DNA from: Podarcis erhardii | Lineage: Eukaryota | Reading direction: 5' to 3' (one strand) | Length of the DNA: 64,000 nt | NCBI GenBank assembly: GCA_964252035.1 | Contig: OZ176214.1 | The notes under the pieces: model-generated | Database searches by the model: none | What the model was told of the DNA's origin: nothing | The model's input: the letters and a program-made list of their open reading frames with translations, nothing else | Shown: in pieces, positions 1 through 11,546 of the stretch | Layout of the letters: the number at the start of each line of letters is the position of its first letter | Numbering within the stretch: position 1 is the first letter of the stretch | Program-made: the position numbers and the translations under genes

Positions 1-1026
1 ATAAAAGAGGGGGGGGGGGAGAAATTCAGAACTTGCAGTCCTTCATAGGATACAGCTGACACAGAAATGTTCCTGAAACAAATTTTGCATGTTGGTTTTG
101 AGGAAGCAAGGTTTTGCTATTTCCTAGCAGGATATGCCCACCCTCTGTTTTGTTAAGGGCTCAGTTAGTCAATCAGCACCCAAACACGCAGCAGCAATTG
201 GGTAAGAATGGAAAGACTGGCATAGCACTTTCAGCTTTGGTGCCTGCCAAAAAAGAGTAAATCTCTTAAGATTATCAAACATAAAAATCTTGCTATTGTT
301 AGGAACATTGAAAATGTTTAAGCTCTACTGAGAGGTCCATATGTTCATTGCTCTTAGTTCTCCCAATCTACACATTTCATGGATTAGCATGTTGCTCCAA
401 TATGTTGACTGCAAATCTTTTTGAGGAATGTGTTTTCCCCTCTGCCTGTTGTTAGAACAGGTACAAATTTATGCACGTACAAGCCTTAACTCTTTCTGGA
501 ATCAAAGCGGAGTATGTTTTTCTACATAGTGTTAAACGTTTTTGTGTAAAACGGATGACTTTGCCATACTCACTTTAAAGAAATGACCATCATGGCCTCT
601 CTTACTTTTTCCCAGAGTATGCAATCCACTTCATCAGATGTATTGTTATCCTGAGTTGCAGAGGGGAGATGTAAACAGTGAAGCCAAAACAAAGCAAAAT
701 GTAGAGGTCTGTGTTATCAACTACCATTTTTGTTGAATGGCCACTGTTCATAAGGTAATTGCCACCATCTGTGCTTTTATTTCCTTCTCTACTCTTCGGT
801 GGACTCCTGGATAAGTGAAGCCACAGAACTCCCACACTGGCTGCATTTTTAAATACAGGTAAAACTAATTCATAAAGGACCTCACTTCTAAAAGAATGAC
901 TTTGTTTAACTCTAGCATCTTTGCAAAGGGGGATGAGGCCCAGCTCCCTCTTGTCTCTGTTATTCCTAGGCCTTTTTCTACAATCTCTTGCATGTGGCAA
1001 GATATGAATGTATTATAATCAGTGAC

Positions 1027-1143
1027 TAATAATAATAATAATTTATTATTTGTACCCCGCCCATCTGGCTGGGTTTCCCCAGACACTCTGGGCAGCTTCC
1101 ACAAAGACCAAAAATACACTAAGATATCACACATTAAAAACTT
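1027..1143 (-). mobile_element. 3' end of an L2-type LINE with (TAA)n tail
   Basis: aataataataatttattatttgtaccccgcccatctggctgggtttcccc... The same terminus recurs at 10.1, 40.7, 43.3, 51.7 and 61.6 kb, where it is attached to L2 ORF2 sequence. Confidence 0.75.
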
Positions 1144-2324
1144 TAAGAATTGATAATTCAGCTTTGTGTTGATGAAGTGTTTCCCATCCTATTTGGAATT
1201 AGTACCCAAGGTGCTGCAAGCACCTCCTTGGAACGTATTTTGGATTATAAACTTAATTGGGCCAAATCTGAAGGATTCTGAATGGATATGGATACATCAG
1301 TTCACTGGGTAACACTTCTGACTTTGGTTTCATCCACAAAATCATATTGCAGCTCCTAAAGGGAAGCAAACTTACCCAGATTTCAGAAACATAATTTGTT
1401 AGGGAACCTTGCTTGGATAAAGGTAAACTGGCATTAATTCAGAAAAAGAAATGGTTTTTGGCAACTAGTGAAAAGAATGTGTTTTTGGCTAGTGTGATCC
1501 CTTGAATATGGCTGTGTGTTCGTTCATATGTCACAGTAAACCACCAGGTAATAGTTTCTGTGAAACCACTGTGATTGCTCTCCCTTTGCTCCTTCCCAGT
1601 AGTGGATGGGAGAAACCAACCAGGATCCTTGGCTTAGCCTTACATCAGAATCAGGGATCAACTTGTTCTTGGGTTACTAAACTAAGCATTGTGGCATGTC
1701 GCTCTCGGGCGCAGGCAGGGTCTGTCCCTTCACAGTAAACCACCAACCATTGCTTACCACCTTGTGTGTGAATGCTGCCAGTATCTTATGCTTCAAATAA
1801 AGTATGCTTCCTGCAAATAAAATTAAAATTATTTAGTATTGGTAATCATTACTGCTACTATTTTTGAATTCTAAGTAGGAAAAAAGAATCTTAAAGCGGT
1901 ATTCCTGTTGCAGAATATACTGCAGGGATAGCACGGATCACCTGTGGGTCGTGGGGAGAAGAGGCCGGTGGGCGATTGTCTCCCGGGGTGCCCTGCAGTC
2001 CTGGCCCCCTTGCTCTCAGGGAGGCATGGCTCTGAGGGAGGAGGAGGAGGAAGGGCGGGAAGGAGAGAGGGAGAGGTCGCCGAGGAGCACCAGGGGAGCC
2101 TCCTGGGGGCCGGGATCTGCTCCCCCGGCCGCTCCCCTCGCCTCCCAGGTGGCCCGACCCACCTTCGTGGAAACGGGTCAGGAGCTTTTGACAACTCACT
2201 GGACTCAACTTTTAACAGCTTTTATTTTATTTTTACCACACAATCCGCCTTCAGGATTTGTCTTTAGTTGTGGGGAATATATCTTTTCCAGGGACGCCTC
2301 ACTATTGCACGTCAGCGGGGAAAA

Positions 2325-2355
<31 letters not shown>

Positions 2356-2617
2356 GGGCCACGCGCGAGGGTCGCTTCCACGCTCGCGCGACGAGGGACA
2401 AGGAGGCGCCGCCCCTCCCCCCCCCGCCAACGGCCGCTGCCCCGCCTGCGCGCGCACCCCGCCTCTCGAGTGTGGGGGTGGGCAGGAGCCCCGCGGCGAA
2501 GCCACGCCCCCATGTCCCTCTGGAGTGGCGGGCGGGAAGCCGGCGGTGACGCGTACGCGCTCGCTCCCGACGAGGGACGGAGGGAGGCCTGCGTGGCAGC
2601 TTGGGGACGGACGCGGG

Positions 2618-2667
<50 letters not shown>

Positions 2668-2717
2668 CGGGCAGGCGGGGGCGCGCGTGTGTGTGCGTGT
2701 GTGTGCGCGCGCGCGCG
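2325..2717. repeat. Promoter microsatellites: (AG)11 at 2325-2346, (GA)21 at 2621-2662, alternating GC/GT tract at 2681-2717
   Basis: Read directly from the sequence. Confidence 0.95.
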
Positions 2718-2945
2718 GCGGTCGGTCGGTCGGTCTGTCGGGTGGCGAGTGCGTCGAAGTTGCGCCCGGGCGCCTCTGACGGACTGACTTGACTTGAGTG
2801 CCTGAGGGGCGAGAGAGCGCGAGGCTCCGCGGCTCCCCCCGCCCCCCGCCCCCGAGCCAGAGCGGGCAGGGGAGGGGGCTGCTGTGGCGGCGCGGAGCCC
2901 CTCCGGCAGGGAAGGCGCCTCCCTGGCGGAAGCAGCCGCCAGCAG
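2700..2945 (+). other. NEK6: Putative non-coding exon 1 of NEK6 (TSS approximate)
   Basis: Consensus donor CAG|GTAAGC at 2943-2951 inside the CpG island. The 5' end cannot be determined from sequence. Confidence 0.7.
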
Positions 2946-3962
2946 GTAAGCGATGGCGGGGGCGGCGACCTGCCGAGAGGCCTCTTCACCTGGGCGGGCG
3001 GGGGGGGGGCGGGGGGGGGGAGGCAGAGAGCGCCGAGCAGACCCCTCCCCCGGCTCCCCTCAGCCTCGCCTCGGACTCGGGACACGCCCCTCCCCCCGCC
3101 CGCGACCCCCACAGGCCACCCCTCCCCCGCGGCATTTCGCCCCCTCATCCCACCCCCGCGGCATTAAAAGCACCTCCAGCACCTTATAACTCCCTGCCCA
3201 CCCCCCGGTATTCTTACTTCTGTTTTTGGGAATGGCTCCCTTTTTAAATGCATCAGGTGTGCTGGCCTCTTAGAGGGTCTCCCTCAACCACGACGACTGA
3301 CCGACCTGTTGGATTCGCGGGATCAGCTCCCTCATTCTCACCTCGGGCGGCGCCCCCCGCCCCGCCCACCCCCTGCCGCCCTTCCCAGCTGAACTTCCTC
3401 CCACGACTGCTGCTCTTCTCGTGGTGGGTGGCCGTAGGGATCCTCTCCAGGTGTTGTGGGTTAGGGGCACGAGTGGGCACAGGGCGGGCGCACTGGGGAT
3501 CGTCTGTCTGGTGGGGTCGCTTGTGCCATCCTTGAGGGGGTGCCTCTGGCCCCAGGGAATTGCCATGGCCACTTCTGTGATGTAGGCGAACTTGCTGGCA
3601 TGCAGCTGAATGCCATGCTGGTGAGAGGTGACCTGGTGCCATTACTTTTTAATGTGTCTGCTTTACTTGATTTTTAAAAACATCCCAACAGTTTGCAGTG
3701 TGTTTTCTAATGCAGAATCTGTGTGGGCCTCTCCTGTACAGTTCTGCTGTCATCTCATTATCTGACAGGTTTCTCTTCATTCCTGCTATCAAAGGATAAA
3801 TTAGAGGCAGGCTTTGGGGATCGTGTCCAAGAATCCTGCCCAGTGTCTTTTCCGAGCCTTGATTTATGTCTGTAAGGCAGAAATTTGTTTGTCAGTGCAC
3901 ACATACCCATCATCCACATTCATTTTTGGGAGTTGCTCTTGCTATGGATAGAAAATTTTCAT

Positions 3963-4100
3963 AGAGCCATAGAATTGTAGAGTTGGAAGGGACCACGGGG
4001 AACATCTAGTCCAACCCCCTACAAATTCAGGAATCTTTTGCTCAACGTGGGGCTCGAACTCAAAACCCTGAGATTAAGAGCACAGAGTATCCCTTCGCTT
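3963..4100 (-). mobile_element. tRNA-Lys-derived SINE with CR1-like tail
   Basis: Reverse complement of the element at 54806-54957: agaattgtagagttggaagggacc...gggctcgaactcaaaaccctgagattaagag. Confidence 0.7.
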
Positions 4101-4119
4101 CCTCCTCGAAGAGTCTCAT

Positions 4120-4260
4120 GTGGCCTTGAGGGGAAGAGCACAGGCTGTGCATAAAGAAGGTCCCAGTTCATTCCCTGGCAACTTAAATTTAAAGGGTCTT
4201 AGGTAGGAGTGCAGAAAAAACCTTGGGATTGCTGCTTCATTTCAGAGTAGACAACACAAA
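4120..4260 (+). mobile_element. Decayed tRNA-derived squamate SINE
   Basis: agaaggtcccagttcattccctggca...cagagtagacaac. Related copies lie near 33200-33380 (+) and 49000-49130 (-). Confidence 0.5.
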
Positions 4261-4889
4261 ATCAACCATCTGATTCTGTACAACATAGTCACATACATTC
4301 AAATATGTGAACATATGGGGCTGTGTGAACAATGAAGAGTGTTATAAATAAATATCTAGTTGTGTAAGTATTCATGATTTAAGACTGTTAATAGGAAAAA
4401 AGTTTTTATTAAAAAGTATTTCACAGCAATGCAAACTTGAGACCTGGCACCTGGCTAATTTCTAACACTGACTACATCAGGGTGTTTATCTGAATGGAAA
4501 CCCAGGTTAAGGAGGCCATAAATTTGAAAGAGCTTATCAAATGGAAAGTCCCATTGTTGTCTTTCATTCTTTGGTCAACATAGCTAAAGTAAGAAGTTCC
4601 TGAAACAAACATTTCCCTCATACAGTTTTGGTATAATCTGAGTTTGCTCATGTATTCAGTAAGAATTTTTTCTGGAACTGTGTGCATGGTTGAAATTTTT
4701 GCTAAAAATAGGGTTCTTTGTGTGGTTTAGTATCAGATTGCAAATTTTAATGTTAGAATTGGTGCTGGTGCTGCCTCCTCTGCCCAAAGGCATAACATAG
4801 AACAGTTGTTCTCATATAGCTTCTTTTTGCAGGGAATTCAGCCTGTTCTCTCACTTTAATATTCTATTCTCTTTGGGAATAGCCTAGAC

Positions 4890-4922
<33 letters not shown>

Positions 4923-5331
4923 GTCGCTTTGCACACTAAGAAGAACCCAAGGTGCATGATATCTCCCCGGATCTCCCTGCCTACTCACAAAGCAGATGAG
5001 GGGGATCCTGGGCTGTGTGTGGCTGCTGCAGCCCACACACAGAAAGATGATGTGACTGCAAGGAACTCTGCACCTGATCAGCCCTCATTCTTCCTGGCAT
5101 TGGTTCTCCTTGTACTAGTGGGCAGAGTGATGAACTGTCCAGGTAGGCAGAAGCATCTTCAAAAGGCCTTAAACTGCCTTAAAAGCATATTATAAGAAAC
5201 TAGAAGAGATACTGTCTGAACCAATGAAAACAGTTATGAATGGAATTTTAAAAGAAGGAAGAATACTAAAGTCTCGGGAAGAAGCATTTATCACTCTGAT
5301 CCCCAACAAGGAACGCACCCAATATCAATCA

Positions 5332-5669
5332 AAAACTGAGCCTCTTGGGCTTGCTGAGCAGAAGGTCGGCGGTTCGAATCCCCGCAACGGGGTGAGCTCC
5401 TGTTTCTCGGTCCCAGCTCCTGCCAACCTAGCAGTTCAAAAGCATGTGCAAGTAGATAAATAGGTACTGCTCCGGCAGGAAGGTAAATGGTGTTTCTGTG
5501 TGCTGCTCTGGTTTTGCCCAAAGAGGCTTAGTCATGCTGGCCACATGACCCGGAAAAACTGTCTGCAGACAAACGCTGGCTCCCTCAGCCTGCAAAGCGA
5601 GATGAGCGCCACAACCCCAGAGTTGTCTGCAACTTATTTAACTGTCAAGGGTCCTTTACCTTTACCTTT
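5332..5669 (+). mobile_element. Sauria SINE inserted in the L1
   Basis: gaaggtcggcggttcgaatccccgc...gtagataaataggtac...ggtcctttacctttacc, with the (ACCTTT)n tail typical of Sauria SINE. Confidence 0.85.
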
Positions 5670-7986
5670 ATCACTATTAAATATAAATTTACTTAAATAA
5701 CGATTACAAAATATTTGCTGATATCCTAGCCAACAGATTAAAAAGAGTATTGAATGAAATTATATATAAGAATCAAGTGGGCTTTCTACTAGGCAGACAC
5801 ATGTGCAATAATATGAGAAATATAATAGATATATTAGAATATTTGGAAGTAAGAACAAACAAACAAAAAGATATATTGATGCTGGTAGATGCCGAGAAGG
5901 CCTTTGATAACATCTCTTGGAGATTTATGAAAAAAAACTATAGAAGCCACAGGACTCGGAGAAAATTTCAGCAGGGGTATCGAGGCGATATACAGAAATC
6001 AGAGAGCCAAATTGATATTAAATAATGAGATAACAGAAGAATTTAAGATAAGTAAGGGGACCAGGCAAAGCTGCCCCCTCTCATCTTTAGTGTTCATTAT
6101 GGTACTAGAACTCCTAGTGATTGCAGTAAGGAAAGATCGAGACATAAAAGGTGGGGAAGATATCGCACACGATAAAGGCATGGAAAGCGTACAAAATAAT
6201 AGAAAAGATCCTCGAATTTGGAAAAGTGGCAGGATTTAAGTTAAATAAAAATAAGACTAACATGCTAGCAAAGAATACAAGAAAAAGAAGAATTACAGAA
6301 GAGCTCAGGACTAACGATAGTAAATAAGACTAAATACTTGGGAATCTGGCTGACGAATAAAAATAGCAATCTATTTGAGGATAATTATATAAAAATATGG
6401 AAAGAAATTAAAAGAGATCTGGAGATTTGGAACAGGTTAAAATTATCATTCTGTGGTAGGATATCAGTAGTGAAAATGAATGTGCTTCCCAAAAGGATGT
6501 TTTTATTTCAAATGATACCAATAATTGGAGGGGTAAGATGCTTTAAATCATGGCAAAGAGATATATCAAGATTCATTTGGCAGTACAAAAAGCCAAGAAT
6601 TAAAAATAAATTACTAATAGATAAGAAAAATAGAGGTGGATTGGCACCACCTGATTGAAATTTGTATTATGATTCAGTCTGTCTAAATTGGTTAAAAGAA
6701 TGAATGATACTGCAAAATGCAGATTTATTGGATTTAGAAGGGTTTGACAACCGTGATGTGTGGCATGCCTACTTAGGTCATGAAAAGGTGAAAGTCCACA
6801 GAGGATTTCTTAACCATATTGTAAGAAAGTTGATATATAGAGTCTATGAAAAGTACAAAGAATTATTAGAACCTAAAATGCTCTGGTGGCTTTGGCCTTT
6901 GGAAGCGATAGCAGTGAAAAGAAAAAATACGGACTCAAATTGGGCACATAAAAGGATCTGCTAGAAGAAAAAGATAATAAATTGAAATTGGAAAAATATG
7001 AGGAAGTAAAACATCACCTAACAGGGTGGATTCAGTACTACCAATTAAACGAAGTGTTCAGAACAGATAACAAAAAAGGTTTTGCAAGAGAAATTTCAAT
7101 ATTGGACAAAGAATTATTACAAAATAAGACAAAGGTAATCTCTAAAATGTATGAAACTTACTAGAGTGGGAGGTGAAGGATGAACAAGCAAAAGAGGTAA
7201 TGATTAAATGGGCAATGGACATAGGCAAACCTATTCAGTTATCATAATGGGGGAGATTATGGAAAGAGAATTGGAGATTTACAGCTTGTGAGGCTGGGTG
7301 GGATTGAGTGTGGGTATGTATGAATATTTTTAAGGATTGTATGAAATGTATGTTTATATATTTGTACTATGTATGTATTAATGTTGAATTACTTTAATAA
7401 ATTTGTTAAAGATGTTTTATAGATGGTATTTAACACCAAGCAAAATATTTAAAATGTATAAACAAAATCTAAATTGTGTTGGAGGTGCAATCAAGCATCG
7501 GAGACGCTCCTACATATGTGGTGGACCTGTGATAAAATCAAGAGCTTCTGGGATTTGGTATATGAAGAGTTGAAGAAAATACTTAAACAAACTTTTGTAA
7601 AAAAACCCAGAAGCTTTTCTATTGGGAATATTAGATTCAGATATTGCTAGGGAAAACACAAAAATATTCCTGTATTCAATATTGGTGGCGAGAATCCTAA
7701 TTGCCAAAAACTGGAAAAACTAGTCAGACCAACAGAAATGAATGACAAGAAAAATTATTTGATAACCTATAGCTGGCTAGAATGACAGATGCAGTTAGGG
7801 GTCAGTCTAAACAAAAATTTCAAAAGGAATGGGGAAAATATAGAGATTATCATAAAAAGCAGTGCCTTCAAATTAATACATGGACTTGTTTTGATTAACT
7901 TTTGCAAAAACAAATTAAGATATAAAAGTCTAAAATAGAAAGAAAAGTAGGAAAAACGGAATGAGAAGGAAACAGTTTATTAAATA

Positions 7987-8313
7987 CAGTGGTGCCCCGC
8001 AAGACGAATGCCTCGCAAGATGGAAAACTCGCTAGACGAAAGAGTTTTCCGTTTTGGAGGTGCTTCACAAAACGAGTTTCCTATGGGCTTGCTTCGCAAG
8101 ACGAAAATGTCTTGCGAGTTCCTGCGGTTTTTTTTCCCTCCCCCCCCCTTTTGTAAGCCGCTTATCTGCTTATCCGCTAAGCCGATAAGCTGCGAAAAGC
8201 CACTAATGGCGCTAATCCGCTAAGCCGTCAATGGGCTTGCTTCGCAAGACGAAAAAACCGCTAGATGAAGAGACTCTCGGAACGGATTCTTTTCGTCTTG
8301 CGAGGCACCACTG
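7987..8313. mobile_element. Tc1/mariner (Tigger/pogo-like) MITE
   Basis: TIRs CAGTGGTGCCCCGCAAGACGAA / TTCGTCTTGCGAGGCACCACTG with TA TSD at 7985-86 and 8314-15. Confidence 0.9.
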
Positions 8314-8827
8314 TATGAAAGTAGACCTGCGTTGAGGACGAAGGAAGTCAATTAGGAGAAAACAAGAAGTGAAATATGGTTATATGTTTGTTTAGTATTT
8401 GTATCTATATTCATACTTGTATTTGTATTCTCTTGTTAGGTTTATTTTTTTTTTAGTGTTGTGAGTGTTTGTGTTGCAACAACAACAGCAGCAGCAGCAG
8501 CAGCAGCAGCATTAAAAGGCCTGAACAGCCTTAAACTGCTGGTCATGTTTATTTCCTCAAGTTTTAAGGAGGCTAGTTGGCACAGATCTGCCCTGAAACT
8601 TTATTATCCAGAAGACAAAACTGTTGTGAATCTATACAGTGAATTCCTTAGAATATGTGACACATACAATGCTTCACTTTTCTCAGAATAACCTATATAC
8701 TTTAGCTGCAGTCATTGAACTCTTTTACCCAAGGAATAAGAGGGTTATGGCTTGTAGCCCAAATACCTTAAAACAGGAAATAATGATGTGCTTTGTTGCA
8801 GTTTGTAGGACTTAATATCATATAGAG

Positions 8828-9036
8828 CAGAGCTTTCCAAACTGTGTCGCGACACGTTAGCGTGTCCATTTCAGTGTATAGTTGTGTCACGTGACTGTTC
8901 CCCACACTTCTTTCAGGGCTGGAAAAAGGAGTTAGTTTAATCTCTAGTTTGCTAGTAAAACTGAATTACTATGTCGTGAAATGTTGATGCATGTCTAAAA
9001 AGTTTGTCACCAACAAGAGAAGTTTGGGAAGCTCTG
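8828..9036. mobile_element. hAT MITE
   Basis: TIRs cagagctttccaaact / agtttgggaagctctg with a perfect 8-bp TSD ATATAGAG (8820-8827, 9037-9044). Confidence 0.9.
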
Positions 9037-9321
9037 ATATAGAGCATAACTCTTTTGGAAGGAAAATTAAAAAGCAACAATTAGAGAGAAGTGAACTTCA
9101 CTTGATTGCTAATTGCCCAAATAGGAATTGGGACAATAACTGTAAATAACTGTAATTTATGTTGCTTCTATAGAATGGCATTTGTGGAGACTGCAAAGCG
9201 GAAGAGAGAAAGTACAATGAAAACAACATATTCCCTCAGAAAAATGTAGGCTTACAAAAAGAATTGGTTACTTTCCCTCCTAACATTTATCATTTATTTG
9301 GTGCTAACAGTTGGACTAATG

Positions 9322-9463
9322 CAGGGATTCCCAAACTTGGGTGTGTGTTGGTAGCTGTTTTTCGATTACAACTCCCATCGTCCCTAGCTAGCAGGACCAG
9401 TAGTCAGGGCTGATGGGAACTGAAGTCCAAAAACAGCTGGAGATCCAAGTTTGGGAATCCCTG
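9322..9463. mobile_element. hAT-like MITE
   Basis: TIRs cagggattcccaaacttgg / ccaagtttgggaatccctg. TSD degenerate. Confidence 0.75.
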
Positions 9464-10104
9464 GGATAAAAAGCAAAATTGTGGACTGTAACATGTAGCT
9501 AACACTGAGCAAACAAGCTGTTAGCATTTTAAAGAAGCACAGCCTGGGGCATAAGCTCTAACTTTGTCCTCTTCCCAGCAGCAGAATAAACATTTTTATT
9601 TTCCTGGGCATTTCAACTGCAGGTGGCTGCAGTGCTCAACCAAGGGCGGTGGTATTTTGTACTGGGGGTTGGGACTTTTTTGGGATGAACACTTTTAGTA
9701 TTTTGTTGTCTTTTTTTGTTTTATTGTAAATAGCTTTGGCGTGCCTCTGAATGTATGAAATGATATATAAATTAGCTAACTAGCTCATTTAGTAATATTA
9801 CTTCAGTTAGCTTTTAATCTTTATTTATTATGAGATGTATTCTACATGAAATGCTTGCCATTAATATAGAAGGTTCTGAACAAGAAGGAATTGCGACGAC
9901 CATTTCACACAGGGGTTGTGTTTCCAGCCTCTGTGTGCGATGGCAGAAGGTGAATAAAGGTACCCCAGCCTGCCTTGCTCTCTTCTGGGTCCAAGAAGGA
10001 CCTGTGCGTTGGCGATCGCTCATCAGTTGAATGCACCTCAGATTGTAGCCAACTGTACATGAATCATTGGGTTGGAATTGCTAATTTTACTGTGTTTTTA
10101 TATA

Positions 10105-10143
10105 TGCTCAGGGTGGCTAGGGAAACCCAGCCAGGTAGGTAGG

Positions 10144-10190
<47 letters not shown>

Positions 10191-10209
10191 TAACAACAAC
10201 AACAATAAT
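10105..10209 (+). mobile_element. L2 3' end with (AAT)n/(AAC)n tail
   Basis: gggtggctagggaaacccagccaggtagg followed by the microsatellite. Confidence 0.7.
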
Positions 10210-11048
10210 AAAAAGATAGTTCTCCACATTTGCATATGAATATATTTCAGTTGCTGCTGTCACTAAATTTGCTACTTATAATATAGAAGGGAAATAATTC
10301 CTCAGAAGCCTCACCTGGATGCTACCAGAGCAAGTGCTGAGGATCCTACTGTGACAAGCTAGGGATAGTGCTAAATAATGTTGATTACCGTAAAAATGGG
10401 CTCTGGATAGCCATTTCACAGTGTCTTCCCACTTGAAATGGTGTAAATAAGATCCTAGTGCTTAAGATTGCCTGAAGCAGCATTATTGTAAGGTTTTGCC
10501 AGATTTCCAGGCTTCATAAGATGAAGTAGACTTTTTAACATTTTGACAAAACGGTTAGTGAAAGGTAGTCAGAATATTCCAAAGATCAAATGCCTGCTTT
10601 AATGGATTGCTCCTACAGGCCTAATAGCTGAACATAAGACTTTATTTTTCCTTTGTGTGCCGAGTAAATCAACCTTGTACAGTAGTTCTCTTTATGAGAA
10701 GGCTAAGTATCTTTTTACATACATTGTTTTTAAATTCAAGAGAGCAAAAGTCAAAAGACATTGCCCATTATTGTCTTCCTGTAAGGTGTATGGTTTCTTA
10801 GTTCAGTATTCAGGCAGATCATAACACATCATTGTTTTTTACAGCTCACGTCATTTCAAGCCTCTAACTCTACAAAGACTGCAACCTCCAAAATTGCCTC
10901 TATCCCTTTGAGTATTGTTAATGTTGATGTTAATGTTGTTCTCTGAGGCAACCAAATTTTTGGTGTTAGCACACAGTGATATTTAGCACTTTAAAAGTGT
11001 GTACCAATATTTTAAAAATGGTGTAAACATCAGTATCATCATTTAGTG

Positions 11049-11546
11049 CAGAGGTTTCCAACCTTTTTGAGTCCATGGCTCCCTTGACCACCTCCATTCT
11101 TTCTGGGGCTCCCCTGTGGGGCTCAGGAGCCCAGTTACGTCCCCCCTTCCCTGAACAGCTGGCAGCCCCTCACCCTTTTTCGAACACCCTCCCTTGTGGA
11201 GTGTTCCCTCAGCCTCCTCTCCTCTCCCCTCTCCCTGGGAGTCCTCTGGGCAGCTGCTGTCCCTGGTCTCTGAGCTGCCCCCCCCTGCCCCCAAGAGAGA
11301 TGGCTCCTTACACTGCCCCACAGGGGCTGGGGAAGCACCCCCTGGCCACCCAAAGGTGCACCATTCGCCTGGGGAGCTTGTAGCCAGGGCTGCTGCAACA
11401 AACAGCTGCGCAAGCCTTGGGGAGACAGAGAGGCAAGAGGGCATCAGAGAAGGGAAGGAAGGAAGGAGGCCAGGGTTGCCCACCGCACCCCTGACCATCC
11501 TTCAAGGCACCCCAGGGGGCCATGACACACTGGTTGAAAACCACTG
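11049..11546. mobile_element. hAT MITE
   Basis: Ends cagaggtttccaacc / ggttgaaaaccactg with a perfect 8-bp TSD ATTTAGTG (11041-11048, 11547-11554). Confidence 0.9.

Larger units (their letters stand above)
1930..3600 (+). promoter_or_regulatory. NEK6: CpG island / promoter of NEK6
   Basis: Abrupt GC- and CpG-rich block with many GC boxes in an otherwise AT-rich, CpG-depleted window. It contains a strong splice donor and lies upstream of the NEK6 coding exons on the same strand. Edges approximate. Confidence 0.85.
5180..8470 (+). mobile_element. Degenerate L1/Tx1-clade LINE (ORF2 RT to C-terminus plus 3' UTR), interrupted by a SINE and a MITE
   Basis: ORF fragments NQVGFLLGR..NMRNIIDILEY..LVDAEKAFDNISW, GTRQSCPLSSLVF, KYLGIWLT, GRISVVKMNVLPK..FLFQ..P and RGGLAPPD are L1-type RT motifs, broken by stops and frameshifts. 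Confidence 0.9.

Noticed and set aside
1871-3642. Many long overlapping ORFs (up to 278 aa) on both strands
   Set aside because: They lie in the CpG island, where stop codons are rare. The products are low-complexity Pro/Arg/Gly and ER repeats from (GA)n, with no recognisable domain.
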